Positions 37,043 to 47,820 of a stretch of DNA of 64,000 nt are shown one piece after another. Numbering within the stretch: position 1 is the first letter of the stretch; each line of letters starts with the position of its first letter. The DNA is from TPA_inf: Saccharomyces (Eukaryota). The notes beneath the pieces were generated by a model. That model was given only the letters and a program-made list of their open reading frames with translations, was not told the origin of the DNA and did no database searches. Position numbers and translations under genes: made by a program. The stretch lies in the NCBI GenBank assembly GCA_000146045.2, contig BK006949.2, positions 96,001 through 160,000 of the forward strand. Direction: 5' to 3'.

Positions 37043-39424
37043 ATGCAAGTACTAGTGACGCTCTGGTGTCTAATATGCACATGCCTGGTACTACCAGTGG
37101 CCGCCAAGAAAAGGACACTGACAGCGAGTTCACTGGTCACGTGCATGGAGAACTCACAGCTTTCAGCCAATAGTTTCGATGTGTCGTTTTCTCCAGACGA
37201 TCGATCGCTACATTACGATCTGGATATGACCACGCAGATCGACTCTTACATCTACGCTTATGTGGACGTGTATGCCTACGGGTTCAAGATTATTACGGAG
37301 AACTTCGACGTGTGTTCAATGGGTTGGAAGCAGTTTTGCCCTGTGCACCCAGGTAACATACAAATCGACTCCATTGAATACATTGCCCAGAAGTACGTGA
37401 AAATGATTCCGGGAATTGCCTACCAAGTGCCCGATATTGATGCGTACGTAAGATTGAACATTTATAACAACGTAAGTGAAAATTTGGCTTGTATCCAGGT
37501 TTTCTTTTCCAATGGGAAAACTGTATCACAAATTGGGGTTAAATGGGTGACAGCTGTTATCGCCGGTATTGGTTTATTAACTTCCGCTGTCTTGTCCACC
37601 TTCGGGAACTCCACAGCAGCATCTCACATTTCTGCAAACACCATGTCACTGTTCTTATATTTCCAATCTGTCGCTGTGGTCGCAATGCAACATGTAGACA
37701 GTGTTCCACCCATTGCTGCTGCCTGGTCTGAAAACCTTGCCTGGTCGATGGGCTTGATCCGTATTACATTTATGCAGAAAATCTTCCGTTGGTATGTAGA
37801 GGCGACTGGAGGCTCCGCATCTCTATATTTGACCGCGACAACAATGTCAGTGCTCACTCAACGAGGTCTGGATTACCTTAAAAATACTTCGGTTTACAAG
37901 AGGGCGGAAAATGTCTTGTACGGTAACTCAAACACTTTAATCTTTCGAGGAATTAAAAGAATGGGATACCGTATGAAGATTGAAAATACGGCCATCGTTT
38001 GTACTGGGTTCACATTCTTTGTGCTGTGCGGTTATTTTTTGGCCGGGTTTATCATGGCCTGCAAATACAGTATCGAGTTATGTATAAGATGTGGTTGGAT
38101 GCGGAGTGATAGGTTTTACCAATTTAGGAAAAACTGGAGGTCAGTTCTGAAAGGATCGTTGTTAAGATACATCTATATTGGGTTCACGCAACTGACAATT
38201 TTAAGTTTTTGGGAGTTCACTGAACGGGATTCCGCCGGTGTTATTGTTATTGCATGCCTATTCATTGTATTGTCATGCGGGTTGATGGCGTGGGCTGCGT
38301 ACAGAACCATTTTTTTCGCAAGTAAATCTGTGGAAATGTACAATAACCCAGCTGCTTTATTGTATGGTGATGAGTACGTCTTAAACAAGTACGGGTTTTT
38401 CTACACCATGTTCAACGCAAAACATTATTGGTGGAATGCTCTTTTAACGACGTATATTCTTGTAAAAGCTTTATTTGTCGGATTCGCACAGGCATCAGGT
38501 AAAACGCAAGCATTGGCTATTTTCATTATTGACTTGGCGTATTTTGTTGCCATCATCCGTTATAAACCATATTTGGACCGTCCAACGAATATTGTCAACA
38601 TTTTTATTTGCACTGTCACCTTGGTCAACTCTTTCCTTTTCATGTTTTTCTCAAACTTGTTTAACCAAAAGTATGCTGTCTCTGCCATCATGGGCTGGGT
38701 GTTTTTCATTATGAATGCTGCGTTTTCTTTGCTTCTACTGTTGATGATTCTGGCCTTTACCACAATCATTCTGTTTTCTAAGAATCCTGACTCCAGGTTC
38801 AAGCCAGCAAAGGATGACAGAGCATCTTTCCAAAAGCATGCTATTCCTCATGAAGGTGCCTTGAATAAGTCAGTGGCCAACGAATTAATGGCCCTAGGTA
38901 ATGTGGCAAAGGATCATACCGAAAATTGGGAATACGAACTGAAGAGTCAAGAAGGTAAAAGTGAAGATAATCTTTTCGGAGTTGAATACGATGACGAGAA
39001 AACAGGAACTAATTCAGAGAATGCTGAAAGTAGCAGTAAGGAAACCACCCGTCCAACCTTTTCTGAAAAGGTTTTACGTTCATTATCAATCAAAAGGAAT
39101 AAGAGTAAACTGGGCAGTTTCAAGCGCAGCGCTCCGGATAAGATAACACAACAAGAGGTTTCTCCTGACCGCGCCAGCTCTTCGCCTAACAGCAAGTCAT
39201 ACCCCGGTGTCTCGCACACCAGGCAAGAATCTGAAGCGAATAATGGGCTAATCAATGCATATGAAGATGAGCAATTCAGTCTGATGGAACCAAGCATACT
39301 GGAAGACGCTGCTAGTTCCACCCAAATGCATGCTATGCCAGCCCGAGATTTGAGCTTGAGCAGTGTTGCAAACGCCCAAGATGTTACTAAAAAAGCAAAC
39401 ATCCTGGATCCTGATTATTTGTAA
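37043..39424 (+). CDS. FLC1: ER/plasma-membrane TRP-like FAD transporter or channel (793 aa)
   Basis: Signal peptide (MQVLVTLWCLICTCLVLPVAA), luminal domain, multi-pass TM core and a Ser-rich cytosolic tail. Confidence 0.88.
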   Translation: MQVLVTLWCLICTCLVLPVAAKKRTLTASSLVTCMENSQLSANSFDVSFSPDDRSLHYDLDMTTQIDSYIYAYVDVYAYGFKIITENFDVCSMGWKQFCPVHPGNIQIDSIEYIAQKYVKMIPGIAYQVPDIDAYVRLNIYNNVSENLACIQVFFSNGKTVSQIGVKWVTAVIAGIGLLTSAVLSTFGNSTAASHISANTMSLFLYFQSVAVVAMQHVDSVPPIAAAWSENLAWSMGLIRITFMQKIFRWYVEATGGSASLYLTATTMSVLTQRGLDYLKNTSVYKRAENVLYGNSNTLIFRGIKRMGYRMKIENTAIVCTGFTFFVLCGYFLAGFIMACKYSIELCIRCGWMRSDRFYQFRKNWRSVLKGSLLRYIYIGFTQLTILSFWEFTERDSAGVIVIACLFIVLSCGLMAWAAYRTIFFASKSVEMYNNPAALLYGDEYVLNKYGFFYTMFNAKHYWWNALLTTYILVKALFVGFAQASGKTQALAIFIIDLAYFVAIIRYKPYLDRPTNIVNIFICTVTLVNSFLFMFFSNLFNQKYAVSAIMGWVFFIMNAAFSLLLLLMILAFTTIILFSKNPDSRFKPAKDDRASFQKHAIPHEGALNKSVANELMALGNVAKDHTENWEYELKSQEGKSEDNLFGVEYDDEKTGTNSENAESSSKETTRPTFSEKVLRSLSIKRNKSKLGSFKRSAPDKITQQEVSPDRASSSPNSKSYPGVSHTRQESEANNGLINAYEDEQFSLMEPSILEDAASSTQMHAMPARDLSLSSVANAQDVTKKANILDPDYL

Positions 39425-39789
39425 GCTTTGTCGATGGGATAAAGGTAAAAAGAACAACGTAATTAAATCATTACGAAAACTCTACTGCATTATTTTTTAG
39501 TCTTTTTATAGAGACATGAACATTCAATTACTTTCAAGGATAAATATTCTAATATTCATATTATTCACTTATGTATTTTTAACGAAACTCTACTCCATTC
39601 TACTGGGATCGGGCATACTTTACGGGGTGCACGGATTTTAGCAGTCTTTTTCTTTCTTGGCTTTTGCGAGATGCCTTGAGAGGAAGATTTTTTTTTCACT
39701 CAAAACCTCTGTCTTGTACATATCTAGAACATGTTTCATTGATATTGGACGTTACTATTTCAATTTAACAGTCAACCAGTCGTCCAAAA

Positions 39790-40443
39790 ATGTCCAAGAT
39801 CACTTCTTCTCAAGTCAGAGAACACGTCAAGGAATTGTTGAAGTATTCCAACGAAACCAAGAAGAGAAACTTCTTGGAAACCGTCGAACTACAAGTCGGT
39901 TTGAAGAACTATGACCCTCAAAGAGACAAGCGTTTCTCTGGTTCTTTGAAGTTGCCAAATTGTCCAAGACCAAACATGTCCATCTGTATCTTCGGTGATG
40001 CTTTCGATGTTGACAGAGCTAAGTCTTGCGGTGTTGACGCTATGTCCGTCGATGACTTGAAGAAGTTGAACAAGAACAAGAAGTTAATCAAGAAGTTGTC
40101 TAAGAAGTACAACGCTTTCATTGCTTCTGAAGTTTTGATCAAGCAAGTTCCAAGACTATTGGGTCCTCAATTGTCCAAGGCTGGTAAGTTCCCAACCCCA
40201 GTTTCTCACAACGATGACTTGTACGGTAAGGTCACTGATGTCAGATCTACCATCAAGTTCCAATTGAAGAAGGTCTTGTGTTTGGCTGTTGCCGTTGGTA
40301 ACGTTGAAATGGAAGAAGACGTTTTGGTTAACCAAATCTTGATGTCTGTTAACTTCTTTGTTTCTTTGTTGAAGAAGAACTGGCAAAATGTTGGTTCCTT
40401 GGTTGTTAAGTCCTCCATGGGTCCAGCTTTCAGATTGTACTAA
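39790..40443 (+). CDS. RPL1A: 60S ribosomal protein L1 (217 aa)
   Basis: Intron-less 217-aa uL1 protein ([49 protein letters not shown]…). Strong codon bias: GGT, AAG and TTG codons dominate. Confidence 0.95.
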
Positions 40444-40749
40444 GCATAATTACGTGTTTTCATAGTTTAACGCTTTCAGAACTACTTATTTAATTTTGTA
40501 AGAAGTAATTTGAGTCACATTTGTATTTAGTAAAAGATTAAGAGTATTTCTATTTCACCGCCTTGATAGGAAAGAGCGGCGCGGAAGGGCAGCTGTAGGG
40601 AATTTTGCTCTGTATTCCCCTGTTTAATATCAAAAACAACAGAGAAGGATCCCCGATGAGAAAGACGCTCGGGAGGTCTCTGTGTTTGCTAGGCAATTGA
40701 CATATTTAAAAGATTTTGTTTGAGGTTTTGCAGATAAACAAGAAGCAGT

Positions 40750-42228
40750 ATGGCTAATGATCAAGATCCCAACAAGTCTCTCATTAATGACGCTTTGACT
40801 CGGAGTATGTCCGAATTTTATGATGATGATGATGATAACGACAGTGACATGTGTAGGGCAAATGATGAGGGAGAAGACGTTTTTGACCTTCCACTTAAGG
40901 TAGGCGTTTCTCAAAGCAGGAACTTTTCAGAAGTAAATGACGTGTTAGACCCGCTTTCTAGTTTGCATGGTCCGTCCAAGAAGGTGAGATTTGAACAGCA
41001 AAAGCAGCAACAGCAACATCAGCAACTTCACAATGACTTCAATACAGATTTCAACCTGAAAAGCCCGTCCAGTAAAAAAATGGGGGTAGAACAGCTGATC
41101 CAGTCAGCCAATGAAATCAACGATTACCTCGCTAACAACATTGACAAGGTAAATAGCTTTAACTCAGAGCTATTGAGCGGCAGTGGCAAGTTACCTGGGA
41201 GAGTAAAGAGTGACACAGCAACTCAAGGTACCGGACGCTTAGATTCCATGTCCAACTTTGCTCTTAGCGATACGGAGTTGGACAATGATGACGATAATTA
41301 TCTCCTGGATCCCCTTGCAAATGCTAGCTCTACTACACCCACTGTGGAACACCACGGTTACAGCTTATTAGACAAGGCTTTATCCACGTCTGATAAGGAA
41401 AAAATATATACGAATAAAGTGAATTCGAATAGTCAGATAGATACTGATAATCACTCTCACGAAAGTGGAAACACTACCAATAACGAAACAGATGAAAATG
41501 AGAGTTCGGAGATCCTGGACTACACAAAATTTGATTCTTTCCCCTATCCCCCGTCTTCTGCCCCCAATGGGGAACCACCAGATTTGAAAGTGCTAAGCAT
41601 TGAATGTGAGCAGGAAAATGAAAAAGAGCTACGACGAATATCTTTATTATTGGATCATTACGAATCAATACCGAAAATACCAGAATTGTCAGACGATGAA
41701 GCACTATCTAAGTTCCGTGAGAATATCGAATTAATTTTACAACTATCTAAGAAAATTAACGATAATGCGAACACTTTAGCGATTTCCTCCGAAGATCCTC
41801 AAAAATTTGTTAATTTTGTGATGAAGAACCCACCTTCCTTATCATTCAGAGATTTTATCGACAGAATCCAGAATAAATGCATGTTTGGTGCCGTAGTCTA
41901 TCTTGGAGCCACCTATCTACTTCAACTTGTGTTTCTTACGAGAGACGAAATGGACGGTCCCATAAAGTTGAAGGCTAAATTACAGGAGGACCAAGCCCAT
42001 AGGATCATCATATCTACAATAAGAATTGCCACCAAGCTATTAGAAGACTTTGTCCACTCACAAAACTACATTTGCAAAGTCTTCGGTATTTCAAAAAGAC
42101 TGCTGACCAAACTGGAAATTTCTTTCATGGCGAGTGTTAATTTCGATGGATTAATGATTACTTGTGAAAAATTAGAAAAAACATTGCATATCCTTGATGA
42201 TACAAGACAGGCATTAGGAAACACATGA
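40750..42228 (+). CDS. PCL8: Pho85 cyclin targeting glycogen synthase (492 aa)
   Basis: 492-aa ORF with a C-terminal cyclin box, a low-complexity Asp/Asn-rich N-terminus and an in-frame CAG/CAA Q-tract (QQKQQQQHQQ). Confidence 0.85.
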   Translation: MANDQDPNKSLINDALTRSMSEFYDDDDDNDSDMCRANDEGEDVFDLPLKVGVSQSRNFSEVNDVLDPLSSLHGPSKKVRFEQQKQQQQHQQLHNDFNTDFNLKSPSSKKMGVEQLIQSANEINDYLANNIDKVNSFNSELLSGSGKLPGRVKSDTATQGTGRLDSMSNFALSDTELDNDDDNYLLDPLANASSTTPTVEHHGYSLLDKALSTSDKEKIYTNKVNSNSQIDTDNHSHESGNTTNNETDENESSEILDYTKFDSFPYPPSSAPNGEPPDLKVLSIECEQENEKELRRISLLLDHYESIPKIPELSDDEALSKFRENIELILQLSKKINDNANTLAISSEDPQKFVNFVMKNPPSLSFRDFIDRIQNKCMFGAVVYLGATYLLQLVFLTRDEMDGPIKLKAKLQEDQAHRIIISTIRIATKLLEDFVHSQNYICKVFGISKRLLTKLEISFMASVNFDGLMITCEKLEKTLHILDDTRQALGNT

Positions 42229-42697
42229 GTTTTGCATATGTATTATGCAGGTTCATTTGTTCCTTCCCTTATTTCTTTTCATAGTATTTATTTTTATTTA
42301 TTTATTTATTTTTTTTTGGATTTTATTTTATTTCTTTTTTAATGCTAAGAAAGTAATTCCGCATAATTAAACGTGTGCTGGCCTCGATAGGTACCTATAG
42401 TATACAGAAGCTTACGAAAAGCTCCTGCAGGATGGCACTTCTAAAATTCGCGCTCAACATGGCCGTATTGTACATTATATCGTTCTATCATTATATCGTA
42501 TACGCCCGCATTACCCGACAACTCCGTCTGCAACGCGTTGACCAGAAAACTCGAACAAGAGATCGCATAAAAAACCAAAAGGAAACGAATTACTTGTCAA
42601 ATAGTTATTGTAATGGATCCTCTAGAAAGGCAAACAGTAGATTTATTTCCTTCTTTTCTAGAAACATCATTATAACTAACAATATATAATTGGAATA

Positions 42698-42725
42698 ATG
42701 GCTGGTTGGGATATTTTTGGTTGGT
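42698..42725 (+). CDS. SAR1: SAR1 exon 1 (ATGGCTGGTTGGGATATTTTTGGTTGGT = MAGWDIFGW plus 1 nt)
   Basis: ATG at 42698 followed 28 nt later by GTATGT (42726). Confidence 0.9.
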
Positions 42726-42864
42726 GTATGTTATCACCCTGTTCACGTTTTTCGGATACTTAGTTTTATTCAATGTGGTAAACATTGAATGTTTTCAGCT
42801 TAAGATCTATTTTTTTTTTTCTAGAAGAAATTGCGTCCTTTACTAACTTTATTTTACTGTACAG
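42726..42864 (+). other. SAR1: SAR1 spliceosomal intron (139 nt)
   Basis: GTATGT 5' splice site, TACTAAC branchpoint at 42841-42847, 3' splice site TACAG at 42860-42864. Confidence 0.9.
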
Positions 42865-43409
42865 TCAGAGATGTGTTGGCTTCCCTTGGTCTGTGGAACA
42901 AACATGGTAAACTACTTTTCTTGGGTTTGGATAATGCCGGTAAGACCACATTGCTACATATGTTAAAGAACGATAGATTGGCAACCTTACAACCAACATG
43001 GCATCCAACTTCTGAAGAACTGGCTATTGGTAACATTAAGTTTACAACTTTCGATTTGGGTGGTCATATTCAAGCTCGTCGTTTATGGAAGGATTATTTC
43101 CCAGAAGTTAATGGTATCGTCTTTTTAGTCGATGCTGCTGACCCTGAAAGATTTGATGAAGCACGTGTCGAATTAGATGCTTTATTCAACATTGCCGAAT
43201 TGAAGGACGTTCCTTTTGTAATTCTTGGTAACAAGATCGATGCTCCAAACGCCGTTTCTGAAGCGGAGCTACGTTCTGCTTTAGGATTATTGAATACCAC
43301 TGGCTCTCAAAGAATTGAAGGTCAAAGACCAGTTGAAGTTTTCATGTGTTCCGTTGTTATGAGAAATGGTTATTTAGAGGCGTTCCAATGGTTATCTCAA
43401 TATATTTAA
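42865..43409 (+). CDS. SAR1: SAR1 exon 2; COPII small GTPase (190 aa in total)
   Basis: The spliced frame reads MAGWDIFGW|[31 protein letters not shown]…, with P-loop GLDNAGKT and switch motif DLGGH. Confidence 0.92.
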
Positions 43410-43619
43410 TTGACGTATACATCTATACCCTTTATATGACATTCACATGAATTCAACAGCTTTGTAATAATCAACAAAATTGCATAGGATGCCACCTCAT
43501 AACTTTTGAGCACAGCATTTCCGCGATCATAGTATATTTTAGACTCTAAGATTGAATAAAAGTATGATACATCTTAAGTATACATATATATATGTATATA
43601 TATATATATACATGAAAGT

Positions 43620-46600
43620 TTACCTCCTCATCTTACGTGGACGAGATTCATCGTCACCGCCCATAGTTGTTCTTTTACCATTCTGGGCGAAGTATTCTTT
43701 CTTTTTCTCCTTATCCCTTTGTGATTTTTCTTCCTCCATCTTAGCTAATTTTTTCAATCTTTCCTTACGTTGACTAGCCTTCTGTTCCTTCCTCTTGCTG
43801 TCTTTGGCTTTCGAAATCGTCAATACTTTTTGAATGAATGATCTTGCCTTCTTTTCATCACCACCTAGCACCACGGCTCTTTTAGCCATATATGTTTTCT
43901 TCTTTTGTGGTTTCATTTGATGGATCTGAGATTTGAATGGCAATTCCTTTTGAACAGCTTTTGGGACCTTTAGACCATTGAAGTGTCTTTCTACACGTTC
44001 TATTTTATGATATGCACTGTCCGGATTCGACGGTGTTTCCAGGTTCATAGCCGCTCTTATTTGGCCTGTCAATCTTAAACCTTTCCACTCGGTTTTTTCC
44101 TTCAACAATAGTGAGGTAACAGGATTATAGAATTTCTTGACGCGGACAGGATACCATGATCTTAGAATTACAATATCACTCATTAGGATTTTATCCTCAA
44201 AGGCTGCCCTATAGTGACCCTCAGGCTTTGAAAGTGCCCTTTTGATTTCACCACGGATACCCGAGACAGTTTTGATCTGCGCACCCTCAAACCTTGCAAC
44301 TTCCATAGCACTTGAAAACATGTCCTTTATAAAGGCAGTATTTTTGAAAATTTTATATGGAAACCCAACTAATTTTAACTTTTTAACAATTTCAATATTA
44401 ACGTCTATCTCTTCAACGATACCTGTTGCTGCAATTCTAAAACCGTTCCCGGTATCACTATTAGCAACAATTTGAACACCACAAAAAGGTGTGTTTGGAG
44501 AACATAAGGGACCGTAGAAAGCCGCATTACAATATGTGTGTTCTGGTGTATACTTTAGCATTCTGGTTCTTGTTCTAGAGTCAGTTGTTGTATAAATTGG
44601 TAAAGTTTGGAACCTTCTCCAACCCAAAGACAAGACCAGTGGGTCATTTGTCTTCAAAATCTTCTTATGCCAACGATGTCTTCTCAACCTGGCTTTGACA
44701 ATACCGAACTTTATTTCGGTCGGCAATAAACCACCCATAACAATTGGAAATTTTGGATTGAAATTCTTGACAAATTCCATTGGGACTTTTTCGAAAACGA
44801 TACGTACATAAGAACCAGCTTTGAAACCTTCGATTCTTTGACGTTGTTCTGGAGTCATTTCTTGATATTCTATATTGTTAATTTCTAACTGTTTAGATAT
44901 CTTGGCCTTCTGTAGTTCATACCATGTATCATATTCATTGTTTTCATCATCTTCTTTAAAGTTTTCACCTTCTTCTATCTCGAATTGTGCACGTAGTTTT
45001 TCCTTCTTTGCAGCATTCATTTCTCTTTCTTGCTCCATGGTTAAGTCCTTTTTTTCCTCCGCATCAAAATTAGTGAATGAATTATCATCATCTCCATTAG
45101 TGTCTTCGTTTTCATCCTCATCCTCACTTTCTTTGTCACTATTGTCTTCTGCTTGTTCAGAAGGGTTTCCATCTTCTAGATCTTCAAAATCGCCGTATAG
45201 TTCTTCCCCACCTTCATTAGAGTCACTTTTCGTTTTATTATCATTACCTAAAATGCCTGCGCCGAGGAATCGCTCTTTGATTGCATCAACGCTTTTCCAT
45301 TTTTTAGCCAATTTTTCGAAAGTGTCGAAATATGGAACAAACTTTTCCAAATCAACTGCATGGTCTTTATTGCCCTCTTTTGTAACAGTACCATCTTTTT
45401 TCCTGAAGAAGTCATCATCAACATCTTCTTCAATGTCACTTTCGTCTTTACTATCGTCGTCCTCGCCCCTCCACCTTCTTATACATTCTTCAGGTGAAAT
45501 GTTGTCCATGTATATCAGCTTACCGATATTCCAGGTCCTTTTCTTACTTTCAGTTTTCTTCAGCTTGTTTGCCGCTGTTCTTTCCCAGGAAAACTCATCT
45601 TCACTCTCTTCAAATTCAGAATCTGTTTCCAAAGCTAATTTTTCGGCACCCTGCTCACCGGTATTATTGAAATCGATTTCAACCATCCTTGGTTCGGAGT
45701 CCTGCACGTCGTCATCATTTGTATAAGGTTCTTCATCACTCGGTAAATTATCAATATCTGCGTCTTCTTCTTGAACTGGCTTACCATAAATTCTTGGTTT
45801 TCTTAAACTGGTTCTTCCCTTGCTCTTTCCTTCATCGTCCTCAATACTTTCTTCTCCACTTTCAACATCCATGCCTTCATGATCGGCAACTTCATGAAGC
45901 TCAGTGCCGTTGCTAAACAATTGCAAACCCACACCATCAAATTTCTCTGCAATACTTTGTTCAACACTTTGTAAACCCGTCATGAGTTTTTCTCCTTCAC
46001 CTCTTTCTTGGCCGGGAACAAAACTTGGCTCTTCATTTTTCTTTCCAATATCAATATAAACAGCATCCTTATCCATCAACACACCTCCGACATCGGACAT
46101 TGGAGCATATATCAATTTATCTTTATCATCTAACCTTTTACGTCTTCTTGTCGTAGAGGCAGTTGTAATTTCTCCGTTAGCCTTTGCCTCTTCTTTCATT
46201 TTTTCACGTTCAAAATCATCCAGTTTCTGTTGGTAAAAAGGTGTGGGACATGGATCTGGTAATTTTTCAATTTGTGCTACTGAGAAATCACCAACACCAG
46301 CAATATGCACCCTAGTGCCCGGAGCAGAAGGCAAAGGAGTACCGTGCAAATAACCATAGATAGCGACTTTGCGGTCGATTTGCAGTCCTTGAGTCTCTAT
46401 TAATTCCGGATGAGTTAAATCTGTGAATCTGTCAGCCAACATATAGGGATGTTCGTTCCTCCATTTTAATGGTCTGAATTTCATAACAGATATAAATCGT
46501 GAAAGGTTTAAAATCTCTCTATCAGGATACCTTCCATTAATCACACCAGATAGGTAAAATAATTTTGCACCTTGATAAACTTCCGTCCAGAATCTGTGCT

Positions 46601-47171
46601 TTAATCTTTTCTTAGAAGCTCTCAAAGTTGACTGAGATTTAAACAGATCAAGATGTGTAGCTACACCAAGTACTCTTGGCATACCGTGATGTTGAGCAAT
46701 ATTTAAGAATTCCATTGTTTCCATTTCAAAACCGAAATTACCGTCAATTAGTAAAAGAACCAAGTCGGCAATCTTAGCAATATCAATCATCGCATTCAGA
46801 TCGTCCGCAGGGCACTCCAAAAAAGTTAGTCTTCTATGTTTACCAGAGACAACAGTAATAGGACCTTGAATATCATTCAAAGTGCTTTTTGTCATTCTCC
46901 TGACGAGGGACCGAATCAAAGTAGTCTTTCCTGTTCCAGGTGGACCCACGACAGCGACGATAAATGGAGGCGGATCATCTTCAGGGGTACGATCAACCAT
47001 AGGAACATGCAGTTTTCTTTCGTTCACATCACTTGACCTTTGCATAGTTCTCGCCATCTTACCTGGGGCTGCCACGGCAAAGGCCTTTGCATTATGACCC
47101 TGCGTATGGAGCTTCTTTTTTGCTGTATTCTTCTCCTTCGCCTTACGGTGCTGTTTATTAGACTGCTCCAT
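43620..47171 (-). CDS. BMS1: GTPase required for 40S ribosome biogenesis (SSU processome; 1183 aa)
   Basis: N-terminal GTPase domain (GPPGTGKTTLI…), a long acidic middle region and a basic C-terminus. Confidence 0.95.
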   Translation of the reverse strand: MEQSNKQHRKAKEKNTAKKKLHTQGHNAKAFAVAAPGKMARTMQRSSDVNERKLHVPMVDRTPEDDPPPFIVAVVGPPGTGKTTLIRSLVRRMTKSTLNDIQGPITVVSGKHRRLTFLECPADDLNAMIDIAKIADLVLLLIDGNFGFEMETMEFLNIAQHHGMPRVLGVATHLDLFKSQSTLRASKKRLKHRFWTEVYQGAKLFYLSGVINGRYPDREILNLSRFISVMKFRPLKWRNEHPYMLADRFTDLTHPELIETQGLQIDRKVAIYGYLHGTPLPSAPGTRVHIAGVGDFSVAQIEKLPDPCPTPFYQQKLDDFEREKMKEEAKANGEITTASTTRRRKRLDDKDKLIYAPMSDVGGVLMDKDAVYIDIGKKNEEPSFVPGQERGEGEKLMTGLQSVEQSIAEKFDGVGLQLFSNGTELHEVADHEGMDVESGEESIEDDEGKSKGRTSLRKPRIYGKPVQEEDADIDNLPSDEEPYTNDDDVQDSEPRMVEIDFNNTGEQGAEKLALETDSEFEESEDEFSWERTAANKLKKTESKKRTWNIGKLIYMDNISPEECIRRWRGEDDDSKDESDIEEDVDDDFFRKKDGTVTKEGNKDHAVDLEKFVPYFDTFEKLAKKWKSVDAIKERFLGAGILGNDNKTKSDSNEGGEELYGDFEDLEDGNPSEQAEDNSDKESEDEDENEDTNGDDDNSFTNFDAEEKKDLTMEQEREMNAAKKEKLRAQFEIEEGENFKEDDENNEYDTWYELQKAKISKQLEINNIEYQEMTPEQRQRIEGFKAGSYVRIVFEKVPMEFVKNFNPKFPIVMGGLLPTEIKFGIVKARLRRHRWHKKILKTNDPLVLSLGWRRFQTLPIYTTTDSRTRTRMLKYTPEHTYCNAAFYGPLCSPNTPFCGVQIVANSDTGNGFRIAATGIVEEIDVNIEIVKKLKLVGFPYKIFKNTAFIKDMFSSAMEVARFEGAQIKTVSGIRGEIKRALSKPEGHYRAAFEDKILMSDIVILRSWYPVRVKKFYNPVTSLLLKEKTEWKGLRLTGQIRAAMNLETPSNPDSAYHKIERVERHFNGLKVPKAVQKELPFKSQIHQMKPQKKKTYMAKRAVVLGGDEKKARSFIQKVLTISKAKDSKRKEQKASQRKERLKKLAKMEEEKSQRDKEKKKEYFAQNGKRTTMGGDDESRPRKMRR

Positions 47172-47271
47172 CGTTTCAGATAACTCAGATGGCTGATTAA
47201 AGGCTACTATTATGTGATATTTTTACCTTAACAGCGCAAATACTTTCCTTAATTTTGAAGCTTCACTTCAG

Positions 47272-47292
47272 CTCATCGCCTTGAAAATTTTT
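47272..47292 (-). promoter_or_regulatory. BMS1: PAC (GCGATGAG) plus RRPE (AAAATTTTT) ribosome-biogenesis promoter module of BMS1
   Basis: CTCATCGC at 47272-47279 is the rc of GCGATGAG; AAAATTTTT at 47284-47292. They sit 4 nt apart with RRPE distal, at about -100 to -120 from the ATG. Confidence 0.6.
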
Positions 47293-47820
47293 CATTTGTA
47301 CGGACATTAAACTTAGGCGATAACAAAAAAAAAACTTCATCTAGATAATCTCAACTTTGAAATTACAGAAATATTTACAACAGTAGTACGAGTATCTGCA
47401 CTATGGCTCACATGTCCTTAAAATAATCTAAGCTTACCTATCTGATATTTGTTTTGATATTGTTTAGGACCAGCAGTTTCTGAGAGTTTAGCAAATGCAC
47501 CTTTACAGCTATCCTCAACTTTTGGAAGAGAAAGTGACAAGATATGTAACAATACTTGCATGAATCGACATTTGTTTACTTTGGTCCATTTTGTATATGA
47601 TAGTGTGATTTAGCGATATGGAATTATGTGTATTTTTCTATTTGTTGTCATTTCAATATGGGATGACTTGTTTTCTTGTAACGCGCCACTTCAATAGTAA
47701 ACATTATGAACCTGATAAATGTTAGCAGACTTAGTAAGAGAGACAATCATTTTCATTCAGTAAAAATCGCAATCCCTAGTTTGGCTCTTCTTCTAGCCGT
47801 ACTTTAAATTCAAAGCAAAA

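Noticed and set aside
39600-39700. Possible Rap1 site (ggggtgcacgg) in the RPL1A promoter
   Set aside because: It matches only about 7/13 of the ACACCCATACATT consensus, which is too weak to call without a PWM score.
44875-45726. 283-aa Ser-rich plus-strand ORF inside BMS1
   Set aside because: It is antisense to the acidic and Lys-rich region of BMS1. Serine-rich translation of GA-rich complement is a frame artefact.
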